IMG/VR virus record: IMGVR_UViG_3300021254_000020
Location: 128,001-192,000 of that record
Length of the DNA: 64,000 bases
Reading direction: 5' to 3' (one strand)
Source of the DNA: a virus
Lineage: Duplodnaviria > Caudoviricetes
Both the position numbers and the translations under genes were made by a program. Of the stretch, positions 18,988 through 29,257 are shown one piece after another. Each line of letters begins with the position of its first letter. Position 1 is the first letter of the stretch. Under the pieces are notes generated by a model, which had not been told where the DNA came from, made no database searches, and saw only the letters and a list, made by a program, of their open reading frames with translations.

Positions 18988-20373
18988 TTAATAGAACCCC
19001 TCCAAAATATCGTCGAAGTGCATATTTGCAGATTCAGTTCTATCTATCTCCATTGGAATCTGTCTCAGGATCGGTAACATATGTTGTTTAAAGGCGTTTC
19101 TAAACTCGATATCATTATTTATCTTATCCTTGAATGTACCCATAGAGAACTTGAATACTCTTTCAGGATCGAAGGATACACTTGCTCCACCACCATATAA
19201 GAGTTTAGCACCTCTTAGGAACTCCAGCATAGAGAGCCAAGGATCAAACCCATTAATGAAGTCATAAACCATATTAATAGGTCTCTTAATACCCGAAGAG
19301 CGAGACTTAACTAAGGATACCTTAACAATACTACCCTCTACATGATATAGATCATCCATCTTCAGCTTAGATGCATTATCCATACGATAGATATTGTTGG
19401 CTAAGAGTGTAGCCTTCTTACCCTTAGGAATACGCTCACCTTGTTTCAACCAAGGAACATCCGGAGCCTTGGGGAACATAGTCATCTGTACATCGCTACT
19501 AAAGTGATTAATACCGAATACAATGATATTAGCAGCCTTCAATAACTGTAAGATAGCCTGCATCATCTGACTCATTACTGCTGCTGTATGAGCACCATAT
19601 GACTTACCTTGCAATTGATCTTCATCTACCATCTCTTCAGGCATCAATGCTGCAATGGAGTCAATGAGATATAAGGTAGGAAACATCTTTATGATGGGTT
19701 TACCATCCAGATCTTTCCTCCCTGAATCATAGATATAATCCTGAGGACGTTCCTTTGTCTTGATATCGCTAAGAGTCTTAATACGCTGATAGATATTCTC
19801 TATAGTAATACCAGAATTACGAATGATATATCTATCATCAAAATCATTCTTGCTGAACTTACTGAGATATCTACGACGTACTTCAGTCATACCCGATTCT
19901 ATGTCATCTACCATGATAGATGCTTTCGGATATGGACGAGCGATATTAGCAATGATCTGATTTGCAAGAGTAGATTTACCGACACTAGTATTTGCTACCA
20001 AGCATACATATGATCCATCGGTAATGCCAAGATTGTAGTAGTCTTCCAATTCTCCAGTCTTAGTATTGAGCTGTTGAGCAATATAGCCGTTCAAGTAATC
20101 GAGAGTAGGAAATCCAGTAGGATATAAGATATCGGGTACTGCTTCACTACTCATGGCTAATCCCATCTTGGCTACCTTAGACCTAAATACCTCGGTTAAT
20201 AAGCTAGATGGGCTACCACCTACAATATCATTTGCTGAATCAATAGCCTTTTTGGCAAAGAAAGGCATTTTTCTGTTGTACTCCTCCACCAATGAAATTG
20301 GTGTCCATTCTTGGAATACAGGAAATTGTGGGTGGTTGGGTTCTCTGTAATTCAATATAATCTCTCCTCTCAA
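18988..20373 (-). CDS. uvsX: RecA/UvsX-like recombinase
   Basis: PTGFPTLDYLNG, Walker A ANTSVGKST, DIE, Walker B LIDSIAAL, INH; exact start uncertain. Confidence 0.88.
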   Translation of the reverse strand: MRGEIILNYREPNHPQFPVFQEWTPISLVEEYNRKMPFFAKKAIDSANDIVGGSPSSLLTEVFRSKVAKMGLAMSSEAVPDILYPTGFPTLDYLNGYIAQQLNTKTGELEDYYNLGITDGSYVCLVANTSVGKSTLANQIIANIARPYPKASIMVDDIESGMTEVRRRYLSKFSKNDFDDRYIIRNSGITIENIYQRIKTLSDIKTKERPQDYIYDSGRKDLDGKPIIKMFPTLYLIDSIAALMPEEMVDEDQLQGKSYGAHTAAVMSQMMQAILQLLKAANIIVFGINHFSSDVQMTMFPKAPDVPWLKQGERIPKGKKATLLANNIYRMDNASKLKMDDLYHVEGSIVKVSLVKSRSSGIKRPINMVYDFINGFDPWLSMLEFLRGAKLLYGGGASVSFDPERVFKFSMGTFKDKINNDIEFRNAFKQHMLPILRQIPMEIDRTESANMHFDDILEGFY

Positions 20374-20410
20374 AATATGATGTATATGAGTGTCAACGTG
20401 GTTCTAATTT

Positions 20411-21229
20411 TTAAGGTAAGTGGATTCTTTTTTCCTTAGCTAGCCTATTAACCACGCTTGCAATATTAGGGAATATATTAGGCTGTATATTACTGAATGA
20501 GATACGAACCTCATCTATATCTATCTTCTTTTCTGCTATCTCATATAAATAATAGGCTTCTAGTATACTGGATAGATCTTCAGGTTTTAGACTCTCCAAT
20601 ATACTTAATATAGCACTATTCATTCTATTAGCTATAGTAATATGAGACTCTCCAATCCAATCAGCATCATTATTCTTATCATATACGAAAGAATCCTTAG
20701 CTGTATAGATGAATAGCATATATACATCCTCTATACTACTACAACTAGCACAATAGATATCAGTGATTCTTTTAGTAGTCATTAGGTCTTTACTAGTACA
20801 CAAGATTACGAAATTCATTCTAGATATGCAATCCTTCTTGGAGAATGAACTCTTTCTTGCTACTGCTAAGAATGCACTCATTGTTCTATCTAGTCCACAA
20901 TCAATAAAGGCTTGTACCATCTTTCTATTGGCTACGATTCCTAGATTAATCAATATAACCTTTAGTGTATCATTAGCCTCATTGATCTCCTTATAAATCA
21001 TAGCATTACAATAAACTCTTTCCTCATAAGTTAATTGTACGGCTAGTATTACTTGACTCAATAAAGATAGAAATCTAGCAGACTTCTTAAACACATTGAA
21101 ACAAGGATCGTCATTGATATTAGATAGGAATTCTTTATACTGACTAGCTAGAATGAGATATGCCTCCTCTTCTGGTAGGGTCAGTACTGGTTTTAGTTTC
21201 TTTGCGATTTGCTCTGGACCTGTAGGCAT
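20411..21229 (-). CDS. hypothetical protein
   Basis: 272 aa, GGAGG RBS. Confidence 0.75.
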   Translation of the reverse strand: MPTGPEQIAKKLKPVLTLPEEEAYLILASQYKEFLSNINDDPCFNVFKKSARFLSLLSQVILAVQLTYEERVYCNAMIYKEINEANDTLKVILINLGIVANRKMVQAFIDCGLDRTMSAFLAVARKSSFSKKDCISRMNFVILCTSKDLMTTKRITDIYCASCSSIEDVYMLFIYTAKDSFVYDKNNDADWIGESHITIANRMNSAILSILESLKPEDLSSILEAYYLYEIAEKKIDIDEVRISFSNIQPNIFPNIASVVNRLAKEKRIHLP

Positions 21230-21314
21230 AAAATCGCCTCCTTAAAAAAGAAAAAATAGGGAGTCTTAAAGACTCCCCTTATTTGTGTAGATAGGATTGC
21301 TCCTACCTACATTT

Positions 21315-22523
21315 TCACAACTCGTCTCTTACTTTGGGGTAACCTACGGTAATGACTTTCTTTTCAGTTTCGAATTGAGAGAAAAAGCTCTTCTTGTTCT
21401 TCTGTACTTTAGCCTTGTCCTTACTTTGGTTGGTACCAATAGGACCAGTGCCAAATCCGAGATTGGTATCCATGTTGCTAACCATATTGAAGAAGTTATC
21501 TTTTGCCAAGTCAGTCTTTTTCATAGCTCTTTCGAACTTATGATATACTTCCTTTATCTCATCAATAGGTAACTTCATACCGCTAGCAATTACGGCTACA
21601 CTATCAGTACCATCCCCATCCTGCTTATGACGGAAGATCTCAGTAGGGAATCCATATTTCTTGATGAGTTGATCATACCCTTCATCAATCAATCCCTGAA
21701 TACGATTAGAAGCAGATACAATAACCCCTAATCTCTTAGCAGATGGTTCAGTTGGAAGGGATACGGACTTATCAATCATAGCCTGAATAGAATCATTGAA
21801 CTGTTCAGGTTCGCTGATCTTTTCCAGTTCTATAGATTCTACAGTCATGTATCCAGGAGCTGTATTGAGCTTGTAGAGGTCCATATTATCTACATTGGAA
21901 TCAGACGGATTCAAATCCTTACCAATCAGAATACGAACTCTTTGGCTGAATACCTTATTGGCATATTCTTCAGCAGCTCTACGGTTATTATCTACCATAG
22001 GGAGACAGCTCTTATTGCTGATGGATTGAATCACCATGTTTTCATCGAGATCTTTGAACCATTCAACAGTATTTTTTAATCCACGAGCATCATCCTCAAA
22101 TCCAGTAAATGATACCATGTTTACAGGAATACCATTAGGGAGTTCATCGTTCTTAGTAATGGCCTGGATGTATTTACCCAGAATAACAGATGCGCCAGAA
22201 CCGGTGCCGCCTTCTGAGCTGGTTACAATATGAATTATCTTTTCATCACCATCAATGAGAGCATCAATCGGATTCTCATCAACACTCTGCAGATATTCGA
22301 TCATCATCTTCTTAGCAAGATCACGATCTTTCCCGCAACCGCCAGTACCTCCTATAATCAAAATATTATCTCGATCAAAATCTTCTGGAAGATCTCTATC
22401 GGTGGAATTGATCAAGAGACATTCGGTGATATCAGCTACCCCGTCTTTGATTAGTTGGATTATAGCTTTATTACCTGCTGCTCCAACCCCAATGTACTTG
22501 CACTTCAAACTCAAATTAAACAC
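21315..22523 (-). CDS. tubulin/FtsZ-family GTPase (PhuZ/TubZ-like)
   Basis: IGVGAAGNK, INST..D, GGCGKD, signature EGGTGSG, T7-like NVDNMD. Confidence 0.9.
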   Translation of the reverse strand: MFNLSLKCKYIGVGAAGNKAIIQLIKDGVADITECLLINSTDRDLPEDFDRDNILIIGGTGGCGKDRDLAKKMMIEYLQSVDENPIDALIDGDEKIIHIVTSSEGGTGSGASVILGKYIQAITKNDELPNGIPVNMVSFTGFEDDARGLKNTVEWFKDLDENMVIQSISNKSCLPMVDNNRRAAEEYANKVFSQRVRILIGKDLNPSDSNVDNMDLYKLNTAPGYMTVESIELEKISEPEQFNDSIQAMIDKSVSLPTEPSAKRLGVIVSASNRIQGLIDEGYDQLIKKYGFPTEIFRHKQDGDGTDSVAVIASGMKLPIDEIKEVYHKFERAMKKTDLAKDNFFNMVSNMDTNLGFGTGPIGTNQSKDKAKVQKNKKSFFSQFETEKKVITVGYPKVRDEL

Positions 22524-22630
22524 AACCTTTCTTATATGATACTATATTTGACGCATATAAACCATGCGGCTTATATCAAACTTAAATAAAAAGTAAGAGG
22601 AGGTTCATTTAGTAACCTCCTCTACTTATA

Positions 22631-23383
22631 TTATAGAGCTTCAATAGCACTATTTGCTACACTAACAATGTCCGAGCTCCAATCAGGATCGCTGGCATAT
22701 CCTGCTTCCTGCATAGATGCAAGGGTAGTATACCCATTAGAGTAGTAATGTTTCTTAATCCACATGGCCCCGGCCATAATACCTTCATCTACACTAGAAC
22801 CCATTACATCGGCTTTGCCTGGATCACTATCCACAGCATTAATACCGAAATAATTATGTCTGGTTCTAGCTAAATAAGAAGTCCCATATCCACTTTCTAC
22901 TGACGCATGAGCGTATATATAGATTGGATTGAGACCAGTTGCTTCAGCAGCTTTTATGAACGCGGAACCATGACCAGAGAATCCTGTTTTTCCAATGGTT
23001 GATTCATAATAATCAATTATCCTATTCATATCCTCTACTGAGATCGAAGAGTTGGCGCCGATATCTGTATACTCAGAGTATCCAGACATCTTTAATTGTA
23101 ATACATTATGTTTTTGGATTCTTTTCTTGTGCGTTATATTCATCGCACTATTGAGTTTATTTGACTGATTTTCTTGTTCATCTCTAATTTGTTTGAGCAT
23201 CGCCAGTACTTCTTTTGAAGCTTCGCGGGATTCCTTTAACTCAACCTGTACCTCATTATACTGGTTAGTCAGGTCGTTAACCTTATATAGCAAAAATCCA
23301 TTTACTACAATAAGGCCTCCAATTAAAACCTGCATCCAACGAACCCTCTTCATTAAGTTCTGCTTAGTCTCTAAATTCATCAA
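22631..23383 (-). CDS. membrane-anchored GH73 glucosaminidase (peptidoglycan hydrolase)
   Basis: N-terminal TM plus coiled coil; AHASVESGYG, NYFGI, YASDPDW. Confidence 0.88.
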   Translation of the reverse strand: MMNLETKQNLMKRVRWMQVLIGGLIVVNGFLLYKVNDLTNQYNEVQVELKESREASKEVLAMLKQIRDEQENQSNKLNSAMNITHKKRIQKHNVLQLKMSGYSEYTDIGANSSISVEDMNRIIDYYESTIGKTGFSGHGSAFIKAAEATGLNPIYIYAHASVESGYGTSYLARTRHNYFGINAVDSDPGKADVMGSSVDEGIMAGAMWIKKHYYSNGYTTLASMQEAGYASDPDWSSDIVSVANSAIEAL

Positions 23384-23492
23384 ATCATCCTTTCAGGTAG
23401 TTGTTCTCCAGACCAGTCTACTTACCTAATAACCTGTCATTCAGACCAGCTGGCGTGGCAAACACCCAGCATGTTACTGCTGGGTGAGGAAC

Positions 23493-23651
23493 TTACTTGC
23501 GATCTGCTTTCTGATTCTGCTGCTGCATCTCTTCGAGCTTACGTCGCAACGCTTCTCGTTCCTGTTCATTATTGGCATGTGTTACTCCGAGGCCTAAATC
23601 TCCTACTTCAGTTAAGGCCACCATCTCGCCTTCATTATCAGCTTTATACAT
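23493..23651 (-). CDS. 52-aa protein (not in ORF track)
   Basis: late promoter, AAGGAGGTG RBS, MYKADNEGEMVAL...QKADRK*, own terminator 23459-86. Confidence 0.7.
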   Translation of the reverse strand: MYKADNEGEMVALTEVGDLGLGVTHANNEQEREALRRKLEEMQQQNQKADRK

Positions 23652-23933
23652 AATATATTCACCTCCTTATCGTAATTATTAAGCTGTTAAAAGGTTCATT
23701 AATATCCACACACCATATCTATAGTATATAGTTGAGAGTTAGTTTATAAAAAATAAAGATGGACAATTTGTCCATCTTTATTACCTAATTATCTATAACT
23801 AAACATAATGGAGTCACTAGGGATTCCCAACATATTCCTTAGCTCTTCAATACTATACTTATCTTCCTCAGACACATCTTCTTCCTCTTCGACAACTGCC
23901 TTCTCTACGTTCTCTTCCATTATACTCTCCTTA

Positions 23934-24710
23934 TTATCTTTCTTCTGGTAACTGAACAGATTGATCAGACTCTAGCTCATCAGTATCATAATCAAATGGC
24001 TCTAGTTCATCTTCTACCTTCTTTTTAAGCTCTTCAGTATTCACCTCTTCTGGTTGTTTTGGGGTAACTTTGAATCCATTTGCTTGCTGTTTGGGTTGTT
24101 CTTCTTCATGGTGATGATGTTCCTCAGTATGAGTTTCATCATTAACCAGATCAGCCATTGGCCCTACAGCAGCCATGATATAAATCTGGATATAATTCTT
24201 AATAATCTTATCTTCCATCTCTACAAGATTACCAGGGAGATATGCAGTAATATCTGCTCTTTGAAGCATATCATTCTGAGGGCTAATACTATACACAGAT
24301 ACTTTGGTCATACCATACATCTCGCATAGATAATCGATTTTCAATAGCTTGGTATGTACCATATTCACGCCAGTCTCATTATCTACTACATAGAAACGTA
24401 TAGTAGCACTGCTGTTAGTCGGATGCATCACCTCCTGTAGATATACAGCTCCAGGAACTATCGTCTCATCCTTAAACTTTACTACATTCTCACTCCCTCT
24501 CGGAGTATTCTGAATCCAGTAATCTGTACCCAGTACTCCATTGTTCTCGATGTTATTCATAACATCATTTGCTTCAGCAACTGTTTTAAACCAAGCTACC
24601 TGCAGCTCCCCAGTAATATTGTTTTTAATTGTCATTTTCACTGGGGTAATAATTTCTGGTTCTAAGAATCTCATTTTAAATACCTTCCTTTCAAAAAACG
24701 ATCCTAACAA
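23934..24710 (-). CDS. hypothetical protein with His/Glu-rich linker
   Basis: HTEEHHHHEEE; likely start MRFLEP with GGAAGG RBS. Confidence 0.7.
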   Translation of the reverse strand: MLGSFFERKVFKMRFLEPEIITPVKMTIKNNITGELQVAWFKTVAEANDVMNNIENNGVLGTDYWIQNTPRGSENVVKFKDETIVPGAVYLQEVMHPTNSSATIRFYVVDNETGVNMVHTKLLKIDYLCEMYGMTKVSVYSISPQNDMLQRADITAYLPGNLVEMEDKIIKNYIQIYIMAAVGPMADLVNDETHTEEHHHHEEEQPKQQANGFKVTPKQPEEVNTEELKKKVEDELEPFDYDTDELESDQSVQLPEER

Positions 24711-24747
24711 CTGTCGCGATAGATGATTAATTAATCATCTATCACTA

Positions 24748-25299
24748 CTATAATATGTGGTTGATTATCGTTTTATCTCTCGTTTCTTTATTAACCATTC
24801 TAAGGTATATCTCAGGGTCTATTATTGTTCTACATCTACTATCATCATCGAGATCAATAATACAATCGAATATCGTATTTCTGTGGTTCCTCTTAGCAGT
24901 TCTAAGCATATATGGTAATTCATTCTCATCCATATTCCATTTCTTAATAAGAACATTTCCAAAGAATAAATAAGAGAATAATCTATCTATCCTTTCTTCT
25001 CTATTTGCACACTTGTTAACGTATGATGATAATAATGGTACTATTAGAACGATCTTATTTCCTATAGACAAATGCATTATTTTATCTTCAGTAGACCAGA
25101 GGTAGTTCTTCTTATAAAAGGTATCACTATTCTTTTCATATCTAAATAATATTTCATCTATACTAGATAATCTATTGTATTTATTAGCCTCATATAAAAA
25201 GTTCTTGGCCATTTTCCAAATAATACTACTATTTTCGCACCTTAAGATATTCTTTAAATCATTCTCTATTAATCTGGTATCCATATTATATCCCTCCAT
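24748..25299 (-). CDS. hypothetical protein
   Basis: 183 aa, GGAGGG RBS before second Met. Confidence 0.7.
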   Translation of the reverse strand: MEGYNMDTRLIENDLKNILRCENSSIIWKMAKNFLYEANKYNRLSSIDEILFRYEKNSDTFYKKNYLWSTEDKIMHLSIGNKIVLIVPLLSSYVNKCANREERIDRLFSYLFFGNVLIKKWNMDENELPYMLRTAKRNHRNTIFDCIIDLDDDSRCRTIIDPEIYLRMVNKETRDKTIINHIL

Positions 25300-25384
25300 T
25301 TACACACTAAAACACCACTAGAGGATTATCCTCTAGTGGCATTGATCCTCTTATTAGATACGTCTTCGATATTGTAGAATCCTA

Positions 25385-26170
25385 CTACTGGCGCTTTACG
25401 CCACTCTGACCGGCTGATTTTTTGGCTAAAGTACGTGGCAACATACCAGCAACGTTCACCAGGTTAGAATTAAGATGAGCACCTAATAGATATGCAGAGA
25501 TAAGATTACGAGCAATAGAATCTGCATTATCAGTAGGAACATCTTTCTGACTAACCATTCCTGATGCTGATATCTGATTGTAAAACTTTTGTTTTGCGCT
25601 CATTGCATCACCGCGATAAGTAATTAGCTCATGCATTGATTTATCTAGTCCTAATACAGCCATTGATTCTAATTCACGGTCTGAGCTGTTTGAGTTCTTA
25701 TCTACGTCTATTAGCAAACCAGTTCTATAATCTCGTTTACTAATATTAGTACTATATCCGGACTTTTTTTGTGCAAACTGCTTAAGCCTTTTCAATGGTA
25801 GATACACTACTAGGACTGGATTGGTAGATACTGCTTCACCATTCTTATTCTTATATAAGAATGGCATACTTACTCTTTCTATTATAGGTACTCCTAAGAA
25901 CGTTAAGAAGTCAGCGATATCTTCCATTTTAGGGTCTACTTCAAATACTTTAGTTTGGAACTTAAGAGGAAAATCTTGTTTAAAGAACTCTAGAAACTGA
26001 GCATCACTCATAGCTGCAAATTTCTTCTTATAATATTCGGTATTTTGACCAGTCTTGTCTAGTACCTTAAATGCTTTATATATTTTCTCTTCACATTTCT
26101 TTCTAGCTGCTTTAAGAGCAGGACCAGAAAGTGCTGCTTCTTGAACTACTTCTTCACTCATAAGAACCAA
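25385..26170 (-). CDS. probable RNA polymerase beta C-terminal-like fragment (virion type)
   Basis: YLPLKRLKQ...K...TG...DRELESMAVLG....ELITYRGD aligns by eye to beta YxLKLxH...GEMExxxLxxxG....ExLTxxSD. Confidence 0.5.
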   Translation of the reverse strand: MVLMSEEVVQEAALSGPALKAARKKCEEKIYKAFKVLDKTGQNTEYYKKKFAAMSDAQFLEFFKQDFPLKFQTKVFEVDPKMEDIADFLTFLGVPIIERVSMPFLYKNKNGEAVSTNPVLVVYLPLKRLKQFAQKKSGYSTNISKRDYRTGLLIDVDKNSNSSDRELESMAVLGLDKSMHELITYRGDAMSAKQKFYNQISASGMVSQKDVPTDNADSIARNLISAYLLGAHLNSNLVNVAGMLPRTLAKKSAGQSGVKRQ

Positions 26171-27201
26171 CCTTTCTTATGCTGATACTTTTTAATTTTT
26201 TCATTAAGCTTAGCAGGATGACTTACTTTATCAGCTTCTTCATTACCTTTTCTCTCCCAATACTCATTTGGCTGATTGCGGAGATGTGCTTTAAACATTC
26301 TAGTTCCTATATTATCTCCTTCTTTAGAATCAAAGCTATCCTTTACATGTTGTTTTAGATTAGCCAATTGCTTCTCCAAATCAGCTTTGGCTTCAGGAGT
26401 CATAGGCGTATCTTTTAGGTCTTGCTCCATTTGTGATATTAGTGCATTTATTCTACTCAGTAAATGAGGATGTACAAAATCACTACCGCTATTCTTACGT
26501 ATTTGATTTAATCCATAAAAGAAGTTTAGGATAGGAATGTCTTTTAGTTTCTTATCAAAACTACTTTCTCTATCCATATTCATTTTAGTAAGAGCAGTAG
26601 CTAATTCAGTACCATAGCCATACATGACGCATAGTTGATCAGCGAACTTCTCATTAGCCCTCTCATCATAAGATCTAGTGACTACATAGAAGAATTGATG
26701 GCCAATTTCATGTAAGAGAACTGCTACTAGTTCTTGTACAGATATATTCGGCATAGCAAAGCAACCATATGTTATTACTACTGTAAATACAACTGGGCAT
26801 TTCTTAGTAATGAATCTAAATCCATTATTAGTTACTTTTACTACACTATCCATATCTTCTTTTCTCAGTATCTTATCCTCTAATGGGAACATATTACCAT
26901 TATCATCTATTACATGAGTAATAGTACGAGCATTGATAAACAGTTCTGGAGATATGGTTAAGATAGATTCCTTAAACCCAAATAGTGAGGTCAATTGTTC
27001 TGCTATCTTTTTGAATATAGGGTCTCTCAATATCTGTTTGTATTTACTCATATTGAGATTGCCTACTGTACTATACTTAGTCTTTACTTCAGTAAAGAGA
27101 TCCTCTATTCTAGTGAGCTGTATTGGTTTCCCGAAATACATCTCATTTAGTGGTATCATATCCATAGTGTAATATCCTCCTTTATGCATTCGGATTTGCA
27201 C
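26158..27201 (-). CDS. zincin metallopeptidase (M48-like)
   Basis: AVLLHEIGH, EKFAD, YGYG..LATAL.K, HP. Confidence 0.8.
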   Translation of the reverse strand: MQIRMHKGGYYTMDMIPLNEMYFGKPIQLTRIEDLFTEVKTKYSTVGNLNMSKYKQILRDPIFKKIAEQLTSLFGFKESILTISPELFINARTITHVIDDNGNMFPLEDKILRKEDMDSVVKVTNNGFRFITKKCPVVFTVVITYGCFAMPNISVQELVAVLLHEIGHQFFYVVTRSYDERANEKFADQLCVMYGYGTELATALTKMNMDRESSFDKKLKDIPILNFFYGLNQIRKNSGSDFVHPHLLSRINALISQMEQDLKDTPMTPEAKADLEKQLANLKQHVKDSFDSKEGDNIGTRMFKAHLRNQPNEYWERKGNEEADKVSHPAKLNEKIKKYQHKKGWFL

Positions 27202-28390
27202 GTATTACGTTAATAGCCATATACATATTAAAGGCATATAAATAACTCTGTTTAGTAGCTACCCTATGCTTTCTTTTTCTAAACCCTACAGAGTAATCAT
27301 CTAATAGATCCTCTATAATCCCTTTCATTCTGTTAATCATAGGATCTTTAGAATTGGGTTTAGGCTTAGTAACGTACTTAATGAATTTAGTACTATTAAT
27401 AGTTTTGATCTCTTCGTTCACTAAGAAGGAAGATATAACCAGTTCTAAGTATTCTCGTATCTTAGGCATATTATTGCTATCTTCAAAGATAGATTCCATA
27501 ATTCCTCTAATCTCATCAGGTTTGATATTACTATCAGCACATGCTTTGCAAAGTGTATAATCTACATGAGAAGTGGTTAATCTAGTCATTGTATTCTCAA
27601 TGCACTGTTGCATCTTGAACGAGTCATTAGTAGTTAGGTGATAGTCTCCTCCACCACTTTCACTGTCAGTGATATTATCAGAGTCGTAAGATATATAACT
27701 CTTCTGCTCATATGCTTCATAGTACAGAGATGCAATGTTTTTCATAAACGATTTAATTCGATTATGCAACTGCTGTATTACGTATACTATATCTTCGTCA
27801 TCAAAGTCAGTAATCTGTTTCTTATAAGCAGTGATCCATGTATTATTAATGCTCTTAACTGCACCTATTACACTACCTTTAGATTTTATATCAAACTTAT
27901 TAGATAGCTTATGATTAATTACATATTCCATTATATGACGATACTTAGATGGTGCTACTGTTTTGAAGAAACCATAATGGATAGAAGGATAATACTTACC
28001 AGAAAAGGATTGGTATATCATAGCCAAGTCTAGTTCCTTCTCTTTCTTCTTTAGGAAGAAATATCGTACTATACATAATACCACTATAGTAGTAGGATCC
28101 TTTGCTTGACTAGGATTAAATGCACTAATACCATAATAGTATGCTCCTTTAAGAGCATTCCTAACCTCATTTTGGCTTATATTAAGAGCAGAAAATAAAT
28201 CATCACGATCGTTATCTGTATAATAGATTCTATCACATGGTGCTATATCAAATAAGCTACTAGATCTCTTCTCAATGAATCTACTAATCATACCTCTCCA
28301 TTGATTTAATCTAGTAGAGAGAGCGCTCTCTACTAGAGGATATATTTTATCTAAAGTAGCTTCAGTGCCAAAGTTACTACGTTTAGGCAT
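27182..28390 (-). CDS. hypothetical protein, probably late/virion
   Basis: start reassigned to ATG 28390 (GGAGGT RBS); late promoter 28415-26. Confidence 0.7.
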   Translation of the reverse strand: MPKRSNFGTEATLDKIYPLVESALSTRLNQWRGMISRFIEKRSSSLFDIAPCDRIYYTDNDRDDLFSALNISQNEVRNALKGAYYYGISAFNPSQAKDPTTIVVLCIVRYFFLKKKEKELDLAMIYQSFSGKYYPSIHYGFFKTVAPSKYRHIMEYVINHKLSNKFDIKSKGSVIGAVKSINNTWITAYKKQITDFDDEDIVYVIQQLHNRIKSFMKNIASLYYEAYEQKSYISYDSDNITDSESGGGDYHLTTNDSFKMQQCIENTMTRLTTSHVDYTLCKACADSNIKPDEIRGIMESIFEDSNNMPKIREYLELVISSFLVNEEIKTINSTKFIKYVTKPKPNSKDPMINRMKGIIEDLLDDYSVGFRKRKHRVATKQSYLYAFNMYMAINVIRANPNA

Positions 28391-28465
28391 CTCATTACCT
28401 CCCTTATAAAATCTTACGCTTATGTCACGCAAGATAAAAAAGGAAGGCTAGATGCCTTCCTTTTC

Positions 28466-28654
28466 TCAGAGGTTATACAGTCTCAATTTAGTCTCAATAG
28501 AATCCAAATCCTTCTCTGACTTAGCTTTTGTAGCTTTCTTAGATAAGGACTTGAGGATTCCTATTCTTTGTTTCAATATCTGTGATTGGAAATCCATAGC
28601 GTTAATCATACGATTTCTACGTTCAATAAACTCTTCTTGCTCTATATCTGTCAT
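28466..28654 (-). CDS. small coiled-coil protein
   Basis: GGAGG RBS; KAKSEKDLDSI resembles SAKNLDEIREL of 28977-29201. Confidence 0.6.
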   Translation of the reverse strand: MTDIEQEEFIERRNRMINAMDFQSQILKQRIGILKSLSKKATKAKSEKDLDSIETKLRLYNL

Positions 28655-28666
28655 AGTTCCTCCTAC

Positions 28667-28972
28667 TTATATTACAGGCCAACTAATATAGAATGATACA
28701 TCTACAATATTAGTACCTTCATCTTCGGTCATTGTCTGGAACCTAGCTCCATAACCAGCCTTCTTCAACTCATTAAGTATATTAGATGCATTATATTTAC
28801 TCATCTTCATCTCTGGGGTAGTTACGCTTATTCCCTTACCTCCTATCTTAGTCACATAAACTAGATAATTTATTAAGCTAATAGCATCAGCTATAGGGAC
28901 TACCTTTAACCCACATTTGATATTAGCAGATTGGAGCATAGGAACTCTAATAATCTTTTCCATTAGACTCAC
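28667..28972 (-). CDS. hypothetical protein
   Basis: C-terminal L...GY.....ISW similar to 4196-4567. Confidence 0.65.
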   Translation of the reverse strand: MSLMEKIIRVPMLQSANIKCGLKVVPIADAISLINYLVYVTKIGGKGISVTTPEMKMSKYNASNILNELKKAGYGARFQTMTEDEGTNIVDVSFYISWPVI

Positions 28973-28976
28973 CTTC

Positions 28977-29201
28977 TTAAAATTTAGTATTTTCTATCTC
29001 TTTGCATTTCTTTGATAGTTCTCTAATCTCGTCTAAATTCTTTGCTGATTTGATTTGAGGTTCCAATTCCTTCATCATTTTAATACGATGCCTATACTTT
29101 ATTAACCCATATTTCACTTCATCTAATAGACACTCTTTAGCATCATTCAGGTTTATAACCTCTCTTTTCAATGGAATCATAGATTTTATTTTATAGCTCA
29201 T
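28977..29201 (-). CDS. small hypothetical protein
   Basis: GGAGG RBS. Confidence 0.6.
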   Translation of the reverse strand: MSYKIKSMIPLKREVINLNDAKECLLDEVKYGLIKYRHRIKMMKELEPQIKSAKNLDEIRELSKKCKEIENTKF

Positions 29202-29257
29202 TTATCCTCCTGTGATAAAAGATAGAAGGGAATGGAAGATTCCATTCCCATCATACC

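Noticed and set aside
21318-21329. C-terminal RDEL (ER-retention-like) on the tubulin
   Set aside because: Coincidental in a bacteriophage protein.
23384-23460. Riboswitch (c-di-AMP or glycine) before the glucosaminidase
   Set aside because: Only a duplicated CTGGTCTG and weak stems; consensus elements are missing.
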